A stretch of DNA of 57,625 nucleotides from Minisyncoccota bacterium (GTDB lineage: Bacteria > Patescibacteriota > Minisyncoccia > Phycocordibacterales > GWA1-40-21): the NCBI GenBank assembly GCA_041659365.1, contig JBAZYH010000005.1:1-57625 (forward strand). The letters are read 5' to 3'. Numbering within the stretch: position 1 is the stretch's first letter; each line of letters begins with the position of its first letter. Position numbers and translations under genes: made by a program. Positions 1-7,719 of this stretch are shown here, in pieces. A model generated the notes under the pieces. That model was not told where the DNA came from, made no database searches, and worked only from the letters and a program-made list of their open reading frames with translations.

Positions 1-82
1 ATTAATATTATTTGTTCTTTTGTAAATATTCTTTTACTCATATATCTTATTAATTAATCTAATAATTCAGTTTACATGAAAT

Positions 83-111
83 ACAAAAAGTGGACACTTG
101 CGTGTCCACTT
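83..111 (-). terminator. Rho-independent terminator downstream of lepA
   Basis: Stem AAGTGGACAC/GTGTCCACTT with a 4-nt loop, followed by a T run on the minus strand. Confidence 0.6.
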
Positions 112-183
112 TGTGGGGTACAGATCAAAGCAAACCCGCCTTTTGTATTACTATAAACTTGAACCTAAAAACTAAAACCTACC

Positions 184-2019
184 CTAATCATTCTTCATCA
201 TCTTCAAAAACACATCTTGAGTAATATTCACCTTTCCTTCTGCTTTCATTCTCTTCTTTCCTTTCTTTTGTTTTTCTCTAAGTTTCATCTTTCTAGTAAT
301 ATCACCTCCGTAAAGATAATCTGTAACATCTTTCTTCATACCAGAAACAGATCTTGAAGCAAGTATTCTTCCTACCGCTTTTGCCTGAATTTTAAAATTA
401 AATAATGTCTTTTCTATTGCCCCTTGAAGTTTATCAGTCGTCAGGTCGGCTTCTTCCTGCATTCTTCTCCTTGCAACTATTTTACAAAAAGCAGGAACAA
501 CTTCATCTGCCACAATAACTTCCATTTTTACCACGTCAGCTTCCTTCATAGGCATTGCCTCATAAGAGATAGATGCATAACCTGAAGTTATACTTTTAAG
601 TTCATTGAAGAAGTTTCTCATAAGCTCGCGAAGTGGCATTTCAAGTGTTAGTGATGTTCTATTATCACCAAAACTTTCAGAATCACCTATCACAGCTTCA
701 TGGTCATATAGCTGTTGCATAATAGCTCCGATATATTGTCCTGGAGTAATGATTCTTACTCTCACCCAAGGTTCCATTATTTTTGAAATCATATGATCCT
801 CAGGGAAAAGTGATGGAGAAAAAATCATTTCTTTTCTTGCCCGTCCATCAGGATTAGGGTTTCCAGTAAAAGTTACTTCATAATTAACACTTGGGGTTGT
901 AACAATAAGGTCCAAATTAAACTCTCTTCTCAATCTCTCTACAATAATTTCTAAATGAAGCATTCCCAAAAATCCACATCGGAAACCTCTTCCTAAAGTC
1001 CCTGAAGTTTCCTCATCAAATGTATAAGAAGAATCAGAAAGTCTTAGCTTCCCCAAAGCGAGTTTAAGCATTGCAAAATCGTCTGCTCCTTCTGGATAAA
1101 TAGACGCCCAAACAACAGGTGAAGGTTTAAAATATCCGTGAAGTGGTGGCTGTGTATCACTTATGTGAGAAATAGTATCGCCAACGGACGCAATATCGGA
1201 TTCTTTTATTCCAGTTGTAATATATCCAATCTCTCCCGCTGACAATGTGTCCGTTGCAAGTTCTGATGGAGAAAAAATACCAACTTCTGATGCAATAAAA
1301 GTTTTACCAGAAACCTTAAATGTAAGAGGTGAATTTTTCTTTGCTTCCCCATTAAATACTCTGACAAAAACCGTAACACCACTATGATTTGAATATTTAA
1401 AATCAAAAACCAAAGCCCTAAAAGATTTTTCATCTACCTGTAATTTATAGTTTTCCTCTCCAGACTCACCTCTTGGTGCTGGTATTCTTTTTATTACTTC
1501 ATTCAAAAGTTCTGCTACACCCATTCCTGTCTTTCCAGAGACTTCAAAAATTTCGCTCTCATCAATATTTAGTAATTCTGCTATTTCTTCTTTTACCTCG
1601 TGAACTTTAGCAAGTGGAGAATCTATTTTACTAACGACGGGGATTATGATCAAACCTGACTCTCGTGCCATGTTTAAAGTAGTCAAAGTTTGAGCTTGAA
1701 CACCTTGAGTAGCATCAACAAGAAGTATAGAACCTTCAACAGCTTTCAAGGCTCTAGAAACCTCATAGGAGAAGTCTATATGGCCAGGAGTATCAATAAG
1801 GTTCATTATATATTCCTCACCGTCTAGGTGCCATTTCATGCGAACGGGCTGCATCTTAATGGTGATTCCCCTTTCTCTTTCAAGCTCCATACTATCAAGA
1901 ACCTGCGCCATCATTTTGCGCTTTTCTATAGTGTTTGTTATTTCAAGCATTCTATCAGCCAAGGTAGATTTACCATGGTCAATGTGGGCTATAATACTAA
2001 AGTTACGAATGTTTTTCAT
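184..2019 (-). CDS. lepA: Elongation factor 4 (LepA) GTPase
   Basis: 611-aa ORF with N-terminal translational GTPase motifs (AHIDHGKST, DTPGH, SKID). Length and C-terminal region are LepA-like. Confidence 0.95.
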   Translation of the reverse strand: MKNIRNFSIIAHIDHGKSTLADRMLEITNTIEKRKMMAQVLDSMELERERGITIKMQPVRMKWHLDGEEYIMNLIDTPGHIDFSYEVSRALKAVEGSILLVDATQGVQAQTLTTLNMARESGLIIIPVVSKIDSPLAKVHEVKEEIAELLNIDESEIFEVSGKTGMGVAELLNEVIKRIPAPRGESGEENYKLQVDEKSFRALVFDFKYSNHSGVTVFVRVFNGEAKKNSPLTFKVSGKTFIASEVGIFSPSELATDTLSAGEIGYITTGIKESDIASVGDTISHISDTQPPLHGYFKPSPVVWASIYPEGADDFAMLKLALGKLRLSDSSYTFDEETSGTLGRGFRCGFLGMLHLEIIVERLRREFNLDLIVTTPSVNYEVTFTGNPNPDGRARKEMIFSPSLFPEDHMISKIMEPWVRVRIITPGQYIGAIMQQLYDHEAVIGDSESFGDNRTSLTLEMPLRELMRNFFNELKSITSGYASISYEAMPMKEADVVKMEVIVADEVVPAFCKIVARRRMQEEADLTTDKLQGAIEKTLFNFKIQAKAVGRILASRSVSGMKKDVTDYLYGGDITRKMKLREKQKKGKKRMKAEGKVNITQDVFLKMMKND

Positions 2020-2037
2020 TTTTATATTTCTTACTTT

Positions 2038-2130
2038 CTAAAAAACTAGCACTTCTCGCCCCGTAGCTAGAGCGTAGCGATATGGTACTGGGGTGTGAGC
2101 TATAATGCTAAAGTTACGGATATTTTTCAT
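2038..2130 (-). other. 30-codon upstream ORF whose first 12 codons duplicate the lepA start (MKNIRNFSIIAH)
   Basis: 2095-2130 matches 1984-2019 at 32 of 36 nt. All four differences are synonymous third-codon positions. The ORF stops 18 nt before the lepA ATG. Confidence 0.5.
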
Positions 2131-2188
2131 GAGATTACATTTAAACATAAAAATGACTTTTTTACAAAAAATTTTATTAAAGCACAAA

Positions 2189-2310
2189 CCTGGATTGCTT
2201 CGCCTTACTCGCAAAGACAGAAAATACAATATAATAATACAAAAAATATGGAGAATTTTGCTTCGCAAAATTCTCCCTTCTGTCTTTGCGAGCAAAGCGA
2301 AGCAATCCAG
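2189..2310. repeat. Head-to-head pair of type A repeats enclosing a small GC hairpin
   Basis: CCTGGATTGCTTCGCCTTACTCGCAAAGACAG (2189-2220) and its inverted partner TGTCTTTGCGAGCAAAGCGAAGCAATCCAG (2281-2310). The inner hairpin GGAGAATTTTGC-TTC-GCAAAATTCTCC lies at 2250-2276. Confidence 0.85.
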
Positions 2311-2352
2311 ATTAAATTAATTTAAAAAAAATTACAAAATTTAATTTATACA

Positions 2353-2378
2353 CACATATACGCCATGGCGTATATGTG
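2353..2378 (-). terminator. Perfect 26-nt palindrome downstream of the helicase gene
   Basis: CACATATACGCCATGGCGTATATGTG. Its position after the 2461 stop suggests a terminator. Confidence 0.45.
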
Positions 2379-2460
2379 CAATAAAAAATAATAAATACAT
2401 ATATGGAAATTTTCTATCTTATTTGCGTCCCTCTAAAAGGACGGTCGACAAATAGAAAAT

Positions 2461-4128
2461 TTAGGACTTCTTTACAAAAAGCCTCACAATTCTCAACTCT
2501 TCATAAGTAAAACCGTCACCTAGTTTGTTTCGTACTGGTGCAAGTAGATAATCTCTGTTTTCACTATAAAGTTCTCTAAAAGCCATCCATGCTTTTTTAA
2601 ACTTCCCTGCTGGGACTTCACTTTTCAAATGAGAAATATCTAAATCTGGATTTTCTTTTAAAATCTTTTCTATATGATCAAGTATGGTTCCAATCTTTAT
2701 TCCTTTTATTTCTAAAATCTCTTTCATCCCCATTCCCTGTTCAAGCATATTTTTTGTTTCCTGTATTGGAGAAATTCGGCTTTTTTTCTTTTTATTTATT
2801 GGGGTACCTTCTGGTGGTGCAACTTTTTCTAAAAATCTATTTTGTCTTTCTTTTATTTCTTTATCATCAAGAGAGTTAAACCATCTTTTATCTTCGCCAG
2901 ACATCTCCTTGAGTTCTTCATCAAATTCCATTACATCGTCACGAACCTTGAGAGCGGTTTCATTTAGTCCAAGAATCCTAAGTCCTTCTAAAGTTCTTAC
3001 ACGAGAAAGCGCTACATATCCCATACCTCTCTCAAATGATTTTGAAAGATCTACTTCAACGGCATCTAAGCTCATACCTTGGCTTTTGTGAACTGTAATA
3101 GCCCAAGCCAAACGTAAAGGATACTGAGTTAATTGTGCTTTTACTTTTCCTTCTTCCTCTACCATCCAGGTGACTTTTTCTACATTAATTATTTTCCCTG
3201 AAAGAAGCATAACTTTTGGACCAAAAACAGAACACTCAATAACTTTACCAAGAGTTCCATTTGCATAACCTTGTTCAAAATTATTTTTTACAAACATAAC
3301 TTTTGTACCAACTTTTAATCTAAGTAGTTCTGAAGCAAGACAACTTTTCTTTAACGCCTCTACTAAAGGTTTTCTTCCTTTACTTTCCATAGTATAAGTA
3401 ACCATCTCCCCTTTTAGTTTATTTAGCTCACTATCATTTATAGTATCTACATTTATATTGTGAGTATGAAGCTTTGTTGGTTCTATTGCACAATCAAGGA
3501 CTTTGTTATGTCTTGATTTTAGACATTCACGAGTTTCATCACTTATACAATTGCGACGTATATCATTTAAAATTTTTAAAAACTTTGCGTCTTTTTGTCT
3601 GTATTGTTCTTCTAAATAACAAATCTTCAAATCCAGTTTTTTCCAAGCTTCTGATTTATAAGAGAAATGAGATTCTTTTTCGCCCATTCTGGATACTGGA
3701 GGAAGTTGAAAGAAATCTCCACAGAGAATAACTTGCATACCACCAAAAGGAAGTTGATTTCTTTTTAAATGTCTTGCAATCCTTTCTATGAGGTCAAGAC
3801 GAAAGTGATGAAGCATTGAAATCTCATCTATTATAAGAACTGTTGTATTTTTAAATCTTTCATAAATATATTTTTTGCTTTCTAGATCTTCAAGATCATA
3901 CTCTGTAAGCTCATCACGAATACCAAGACCAGACCAAGAATGTATAGTTGTGCCACCCATATGAGTTGCAGCAATACCCGTAGATGCTGTAATACCAACA
4001 TCCACCCCTTTTTGTTTAAGGAACTTAACATACTCATTTAAAAGGTGCGTCTTACCACTTCCTGCGGCACCAGTTATGTAGCAGTTATATCCCATTTTTA
4101 ATATTTCTAGAGCTTCCTTTTGAGTCAT
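2461..4128 (-). CDS. PIF1/RecD-like ATP-dependent DNA helicase with a C-terminal HTH-like extension
   Basis: 555-aa ORF with Walker A GAAGSGKT, Walker B-like IIDEISM, the QLPPV motif and a C-terminal helicase domain (VHKSQG). Confidence 0.8.
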   Translation of the reverse strand: MTQKEALEILKMGYNCYITGAAGSGKTHLLNEYVKFLKQKGVDVGITASTGIAATHMGGTTIHSWSGLGIRDELTEYDLEDLESKKYIYERFKNTTVLIIDEISMLHHFRLDLIERIARHLKRNQLPFGGMQVILCGDFFQLPPVSRMGEKESHFSYKSEAWKKLDLKICYLEEQYRQKDAKFLKILNDIRRNCISDETRECLKSRHNKVLDCAIEPTKLHTHNINVDTINDSELNKLKGEMVTYTMESKGRKPLVEALKKSCLASELLRLKVGTKVMFVKNNFEQGYANGTLGKVIECSVFGPKVMLLSGKIINVEKVTWMVEEEGKVKAQLTQYPLRLAWAITVHKSQGMSLDAVEVDLSKSFERGMGYVALSRVRTLEGLRILGLNETALKVRDDVMEFDEELKEMSGEDKRWFNSLDDKEIKERQNRFLEKVAPPEGTPINKKKKSRISPIQETKNMLEQGMGMKEILEIKGIKIGTILDHIEKILKENPDLDISHLKSEVPAGKFKKAWMAFRELYSENRDYLLAPVRNKLGDGFTYEELRIVRLFVKKS

Positions 4129-4145
4129 GCGTAATATTGTATCAT

Positions 4146-4175
4146 AGAAAAACCGCCAAGCCGAAGCTTAGCGGT
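4146..4175 (-). terminator. Rho-independent terminator
   Basis: ACCGCTAAGC-TTCG-GCTTGGCGGT followed by TTTTT on the minus strand. Nearly identical to the terminator at 4668-4697. Confidence 0.75.
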
Positions 4176-4192
4176 AACATAAAACAAAGAAG

Positions 4193-4567
4193 TCAAACCA
4201 GACCTCTATCAATAGCCGAGTTAACAAGCTTCATTAATTCATCAGGATCCTGATGAGCATTTAGGTCAAGCTCAACACCATGATGTGAAAAACTTTGGTC
4301 TGCCGTTGCGGTGTTTTCTATAAACAAAGAGTGACAACCAGCTTGCTTAAGACGACGGACAAAGTCTGGACCCTTAACATTCATTGAACCAATATTGAAA
4401 CTGATAACGATAATGTCTGGTTCTTTTTTAATTACTTCCAGAACAGCCGGGGAAGCATTGTCACTAACTGTCTTATGTAAAAAAACATGACCTTTATTGT
4501 TGCACCCAGACAAGTCCCACAATTCACGATCTTCACGTCTATCACCGATAAAAAGAATTTTCTTCAT
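4193..4567 (-). CDS. Hypothetical protein, paralog 1 of a tandem pair (weak receiver/flavodoxin-like pattern)
   Basis: 124-aa ORF that aligns by eye with the 4705-5091 product (ILF, ELW-LS-C, PD-I--S, ENT-T, DP--L). An AAGGGA motif lies about 10 nt before the ATG. Confidence 0.6.
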   Translation of the reverse strand: MKKILFIGDRREDRELWDLSGCNNKGHVFLHKTVSDNASPAVLEVIKKEPDIIVISFNIGSMNVKGPDFVRRLKQAGCHSLFIENTATADQSFSHHGVELDLNAHQDPDELMKLVNSAIDRGLV

Positions 4568-4667
4568 ACCGACAGAATCCCTTCTTTGAAGTTTTGATTC
4601 TAAAACATTTCCATGTTAAATACTACCATATATAATATAATAAGTCAATAATTAATCACCTTATATA

Positions 4668-4697
4668 GAAAAACCGCCGAGCCGAAGCTGGGCGGTC
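4668..4697 (-). terminator. Rho-independent terminator
   Basis: ACCGCCCAGC-TTCG-GCTCGGCGGT followed by TTTTT on the minus strand. Confidence 0.75.
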
Positions 4698-4704
4698 TTA
4701 TTAT

Positions 4705-5091
4705 TCAAACAACACGACGGAATGTTTTTTTCTTGATCGAACCAATCAACAAAGCAAGTTTCCGAGGATCTTCCTGAACATTACAATCCAAACGAACTTT
4801 ATGACGACAAAAATCATCAAACTTGGTTGAAGTATTCTCCACAATAACAGCTCGAATACCTTTCTTTTGAAGTGCACGGGCTAAGTCTGCACCAGTGAAA
4901 CTGGTCGACCCAGTATCATAACTCAACAAAATTACATCAGGATCAATTTTCATGATCTCATCAATGGAATCCTCGATATTCAAGCCAGTCATCATTTGCA
5001 TGAATTCGTGTCTTATATCACAACGAGACAAACGCCACAATTCATTGGTTGTTATTGGGTAAGCAGTGACAAACAAAATCCTCATTCTCAT
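4705..5091 (-). CDS. Hypothetical protein, paralog 2 of the tandem pair
   Basis: Start moved to the MRMRILF methionine at 5091 because GGAAAGGA sits 7 nt upstream. The track ORF extends to 5142. Confidence 0.55.
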   Translation of the reverse strand: MRMRILFVTAYPITTNELWRLSRCDIRHEFMQMMTGLNIEDSIDEIMKIDPDVILLSYDTGSTSFTGADLARALQKKGIRAVIVENTSTKFDDFCRHKVRLDCNVQEDPRKLALLIGSIKKKTFRRVV

Positions 5092-5138
5092 AAAACGTTC
5101 CTTTCCAAGAAAAATATTATAATGTATATTAAATAAAG

Positions 5139-5498
5139 TCAAATATTATTTAGTAATTCTATTAAACTATTTTTGAGTTTTAAAACGTCCGCTTGTCTTC
5201 TACTTGCCGGGTGTGGTAAATATATACATTCAATTTTATTTAGAACTAAAGCTTTTTCTGTAAATCTACCTAGAGCAATTAGCTTATGTTTTTTCTTTAA
5301 AAAAAGGCCCAACTTTTTAATCACTTCTCCATCGATTATTCCTAAATCTTGCTGTTCTTGATTTTCCCATAAGTCAAAAAAACTAAATAAACCTTTCTGT
5401 GGTTCACCTATCATCTTACGAAGTATTTTCCCTGATTTTGTTTTTAAGTGAAATGGCTCTTCAAAACCTTTTGGATGTCCCCCTATCAATATCAACAT
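5139..5498 (-). CDS. Miniature uracil-DNA-glycosylase-superfamily-like protein
   Basis: 119 aa. GGHPKGFEEPFHLKTKSGKIL resembles UDG family 4/5 motif A (GE-PG--E---G-PF-G-SG--L). LPHPASRR resembles motif B (HPS). About 70 aa shorter than typical UDGs. Confidence 0.4.
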   Translation of the reverse strand: MLILIGGHPKGFEEPFHLKTKSGKILRKMIGEPQKGLFSFFDLWENQEQQDLGIIDGEVIKKLGLFLKKKHKLIALGRFTEKALVLNKIECIYLPHPASRRQADVLKLKNSLIELLNNI

Positions 5499-5611
5499 TT
5501 TTTCTTTACTTTATAAACTTTAAACTTTCTACTTTTAACTTGCGCTTTGCACCCTCCATTCATCTATCTTTTTATGATTTCCCTAAACCATGCTAATGCA
5601 TGGTCGGGCGA

Positions 5612-6304
5612 TCATCTGCCTGAAGCAGATGATTTAGCCTGTTTCCACTGCTCGATTTCTTTGTGATTACCTGATAACAACACTGACGGAACTTTATAAT
5701 TTTTATTTTTATATTTAAAAACTTCCGGTCTTGTATAAACCAATGAGCTCGAAATCCTCTCTTCTTCTCTTGAAGAGAAATTACCAAGCACCCCATCAAT
5801 CTGACGAGACATACAATCTATCATAATCATTGCAGGAAGTTCCCCACCAGTAAGTACAAAAGGACCAACTGTAATTTTTTCTGTTTTAAATATTTTATTT
5901 ACTCTTTCATCTATACCTTCATATCTTCCACAGATAACAACAATATCCGTATATTTTTTTACAGAATCTTTTGCGTATTGTGTATCAAATTGCTTACCAT
6001 CTGGAGAGAGGAAAATAATTTTTATTTTTGGTTTTTTTATTCGAATATTTTTAAGAGCTTTTTCAACAGCCTTCACTATAGGCTCAACCTGCATTACCAT
6101 ACCAGGACCACCACCATAAGGAATATCATCAATTCTTTTATATGGTTTATCTTTAAGTTTCTGAGATTTAGGAACTTTTACAAAATCACGAGGATTATAA
6201 AAACTGACTTTAATTTTTTTATTTTTTATTGCACGTGCTAAAATAGACTCATTTAAATATGAGCTAAAGGAATCTGGGAATAATGTAATTACATGAAAAT
6301 TCAT
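5612..6304 (-). CDS. trmD: tRNA (guanine37-N1)-methyltransferase
   Basis: MNFHVITLFPDSF start, PYGGGPGMVM motif and a TrmD-like C-terminal domain. Start trimmed from the track value 6319 to the MNFHV methionine. Confidence 0.9.
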   Translation of the reverse strand: MNFHVITLFPDSFSSYLNESILARAIKNKKIKVSFYNPRDFVKVPKSQKLKDKPYKRIDDIPYGGGPGMVMQVEPIVKAVEKALKNIRIKKPKIKIIFLSPDGKQFDTQYAKDSVKKYTDIVVICGRYEGIDERVNKIFKTEKITVGPFVLTGGELPAMIMIDCMSRQIDGVLGNFSSREEERISSSLVYTRPEVFKYKNKNYKVPSVLLSGNHKEIEQWKQAKSSASGR

Positions 6305-6379
6305 TTTTATACAATACAATAAAAAGCTTTTTTAAACAACAAAAGAGGGCGGTTTTTCACCACCCCCTCTCTTAAAAAG

Positions 6380-6499
6380 TCAGTCATTAATACCACCGAC
6401 TTCAGACACACCAACATCTAAGTCTGATCCATCAAGTTCTGGATCACGACTTCGATTACCCGGATCAACAATTTTTTCAGACATAAGAAATACTTCCAT
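6380..6499 (-). CDS. Possible 39-aa acidic micro-protein
   Basis: MEVFLMSEKIVDPGNRSRDPELDGSDLDVGVSEVGGIND. AAAGGGGA lies 10 nt before the ATG and a GC hairpin (about 6341-6373) follows the stop. It is below the ORF-track threshold. Confidence 0.3.
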   Translation of the reverse strand: MEVFLMSEKIVDPGNRSRDPELDGSDLDVGVSEVGGIND

Positions 6500-6559
6500 A
6501 ACAATCGATCCCCTTTCTAAATATAATACTAAAACTACTTTAAATAAAAGTCAAACAAT

Positions 6560-6588
6560 ACAGGCGCGACCCGAAGGGTCGCGCCTGT
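6560..6588 (-). terminator. Strong GC hairpin after the KH-domain gene
   Basis: ACAGGCGCGACCC-GAA-GGGTCGCGCCTGT, a perfect 13-bp stem. Confidence 0.65.
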
Positions 6589-6609
6589 ATTTAATTCTTT
6601 TTCTTTAAA

Positions 6610-6936
6610 CTATAACTTAAGATCTGCCATAGCCTCATCAACTGTCTTTGAAGCTTTCATTTCTGGTGCAGCTGCCATTCTTGGTTCTGCTCCTTCTGGT
6701 TCGTTGATCTTCAAGTTTACTCTTGAGTTGTTCTTCATTCCAACTACTCTAAGAAGTGTCCTGATAGCCTTTGCTGTGTTACCTGATCTTCCTATAACCT
6801 TGCCCATGTCGACATTGTCTACAGTAAGAGTAAGTAATACGCCCATTTCGTCAACAGTTCTAACAATCTTTACTTTGTCAGGAACATCAACTAATGCTTT
6901 AACAACGAGTTCTAGAAACTTTATATCATTCTCCAT
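6610..6936 (-). CDS. KH-domain RNA-binding protein (YlqC/UPF0109-like)
   Basis: 108 aa with the GXXG motif in VIGRSGNTAKAIRTLL. Sits in the classic position between rpsP and trmD. Confidence 0.85.
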   Translation of the reverse strand: MENDIKFLELVVKALVDVPDKVKIVRTVDEMGVLLTLTVDNVDMGKVIGRSGNTAKAIRTLLRVVGMKNNSRVNLKINEPEGAEPRMAAAPEMKASKTVDEAMADLKL

Positions 6937-7100
6937 TGTTTTTACTTGTCCCGCTAAATAATCACTTATCTAACTAGGATTTTTAATTCTGATTTATCGC
7001 AGTAATTCGACCGGTAACTTATAAAAATACTGCCTACTCAAATTCTATCATAACAAAAAAAAGTGAGCAAATTAAATTATATTAAATAATATGTTAAATA

Positions 7101-7127
7101 CTGGATTCCCTTTTTCAAGGGAATGAC
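7101..7127 (+). repeat. Type B hairpin repeat
   Basis: CTGGATTCCCTTTTTCAAGGGAATGACA. Confidence 0.8.
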
Positions 7128-7177
7128 AATACAAAAAAAGCATCTACTTTCGTAGATGTTTTTTAAATTATCTTATT

Positions 7178-7594
7178 TTATACTGCAGGAGTTTCTGCTA
7201 ATGGCTCAGGTGTTGTAGTTTCTACTGGAGCAACAGGAGTTTCTACTACTGGTGCTGGAGCTAATTTAGCTGCTTTTGCCGCCTCTTCAGCTTCCTTTGC
7301 CTTTTTAGCATTTATTATTTTATTCTTTGGAAGTACATTTATTTTCTTTCCTGTAAGAACTTTCTCATCTATAAGGAAGTTATTAACAGTTTCTGAAACT
7401 TTTGCACCCTTTGAAATCCAATATTTAACTTTCTCACCATCTACATGGTTATTTCCTTTACCTTTTCTTGCGTCGTAGGAACCAAGAACTTCAACGGATT
7501 TACCGCTTTTTGGACCAAATTTTGAATCCGTAAGAACTATACGGAAAGTTGGCTCATGTACTCTACCTACTCTTTGTAATCTGATTATTAACAT
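7178..7594 (-). CDS. rpsP: 30S ribosomal protein S16 with an Ala/Pro/Glu/Lys-rich C-terminal extension
   Basis: MLIIRLQRVGRVHEPTFRIVL start. The track ORF reaches 7780, but that extension is hydrophobic low-complexity read-through of the divergent promoter region. Confidence 0.9.
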   Translation of the reverse strand: MLIIRLQRVGRVHEPTFRIVLTDSKFGPKSGKSVEVLGSYDARKGKGNNHVDGEKVKYWISKGAKVSETVNNFLIDEKVLTGKKINVLPKNKIINAKKAKEAEEAAKAAKLAPAPVVETPVAPVETTTPEPLAETPAV

Positions 7595-7719
7595 ATATGA
7601 CGAATATACTACCAAAAATAAGATTAAAGTCAACAGAGAAACCTCATCAATACACGATAAACAAGTTAAAACACAAAAAACTATACAAATCAATGTTTTT
7701 CTGCTATAGTAGACAACTA

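Noticed and set aside
1-41. Possible start of a minus-strand gene at the left edge (ATG at 41, MSKRIFTKEQIIL...).
   Set aside because: Only 13 codons are visible, which is too short to support a call.
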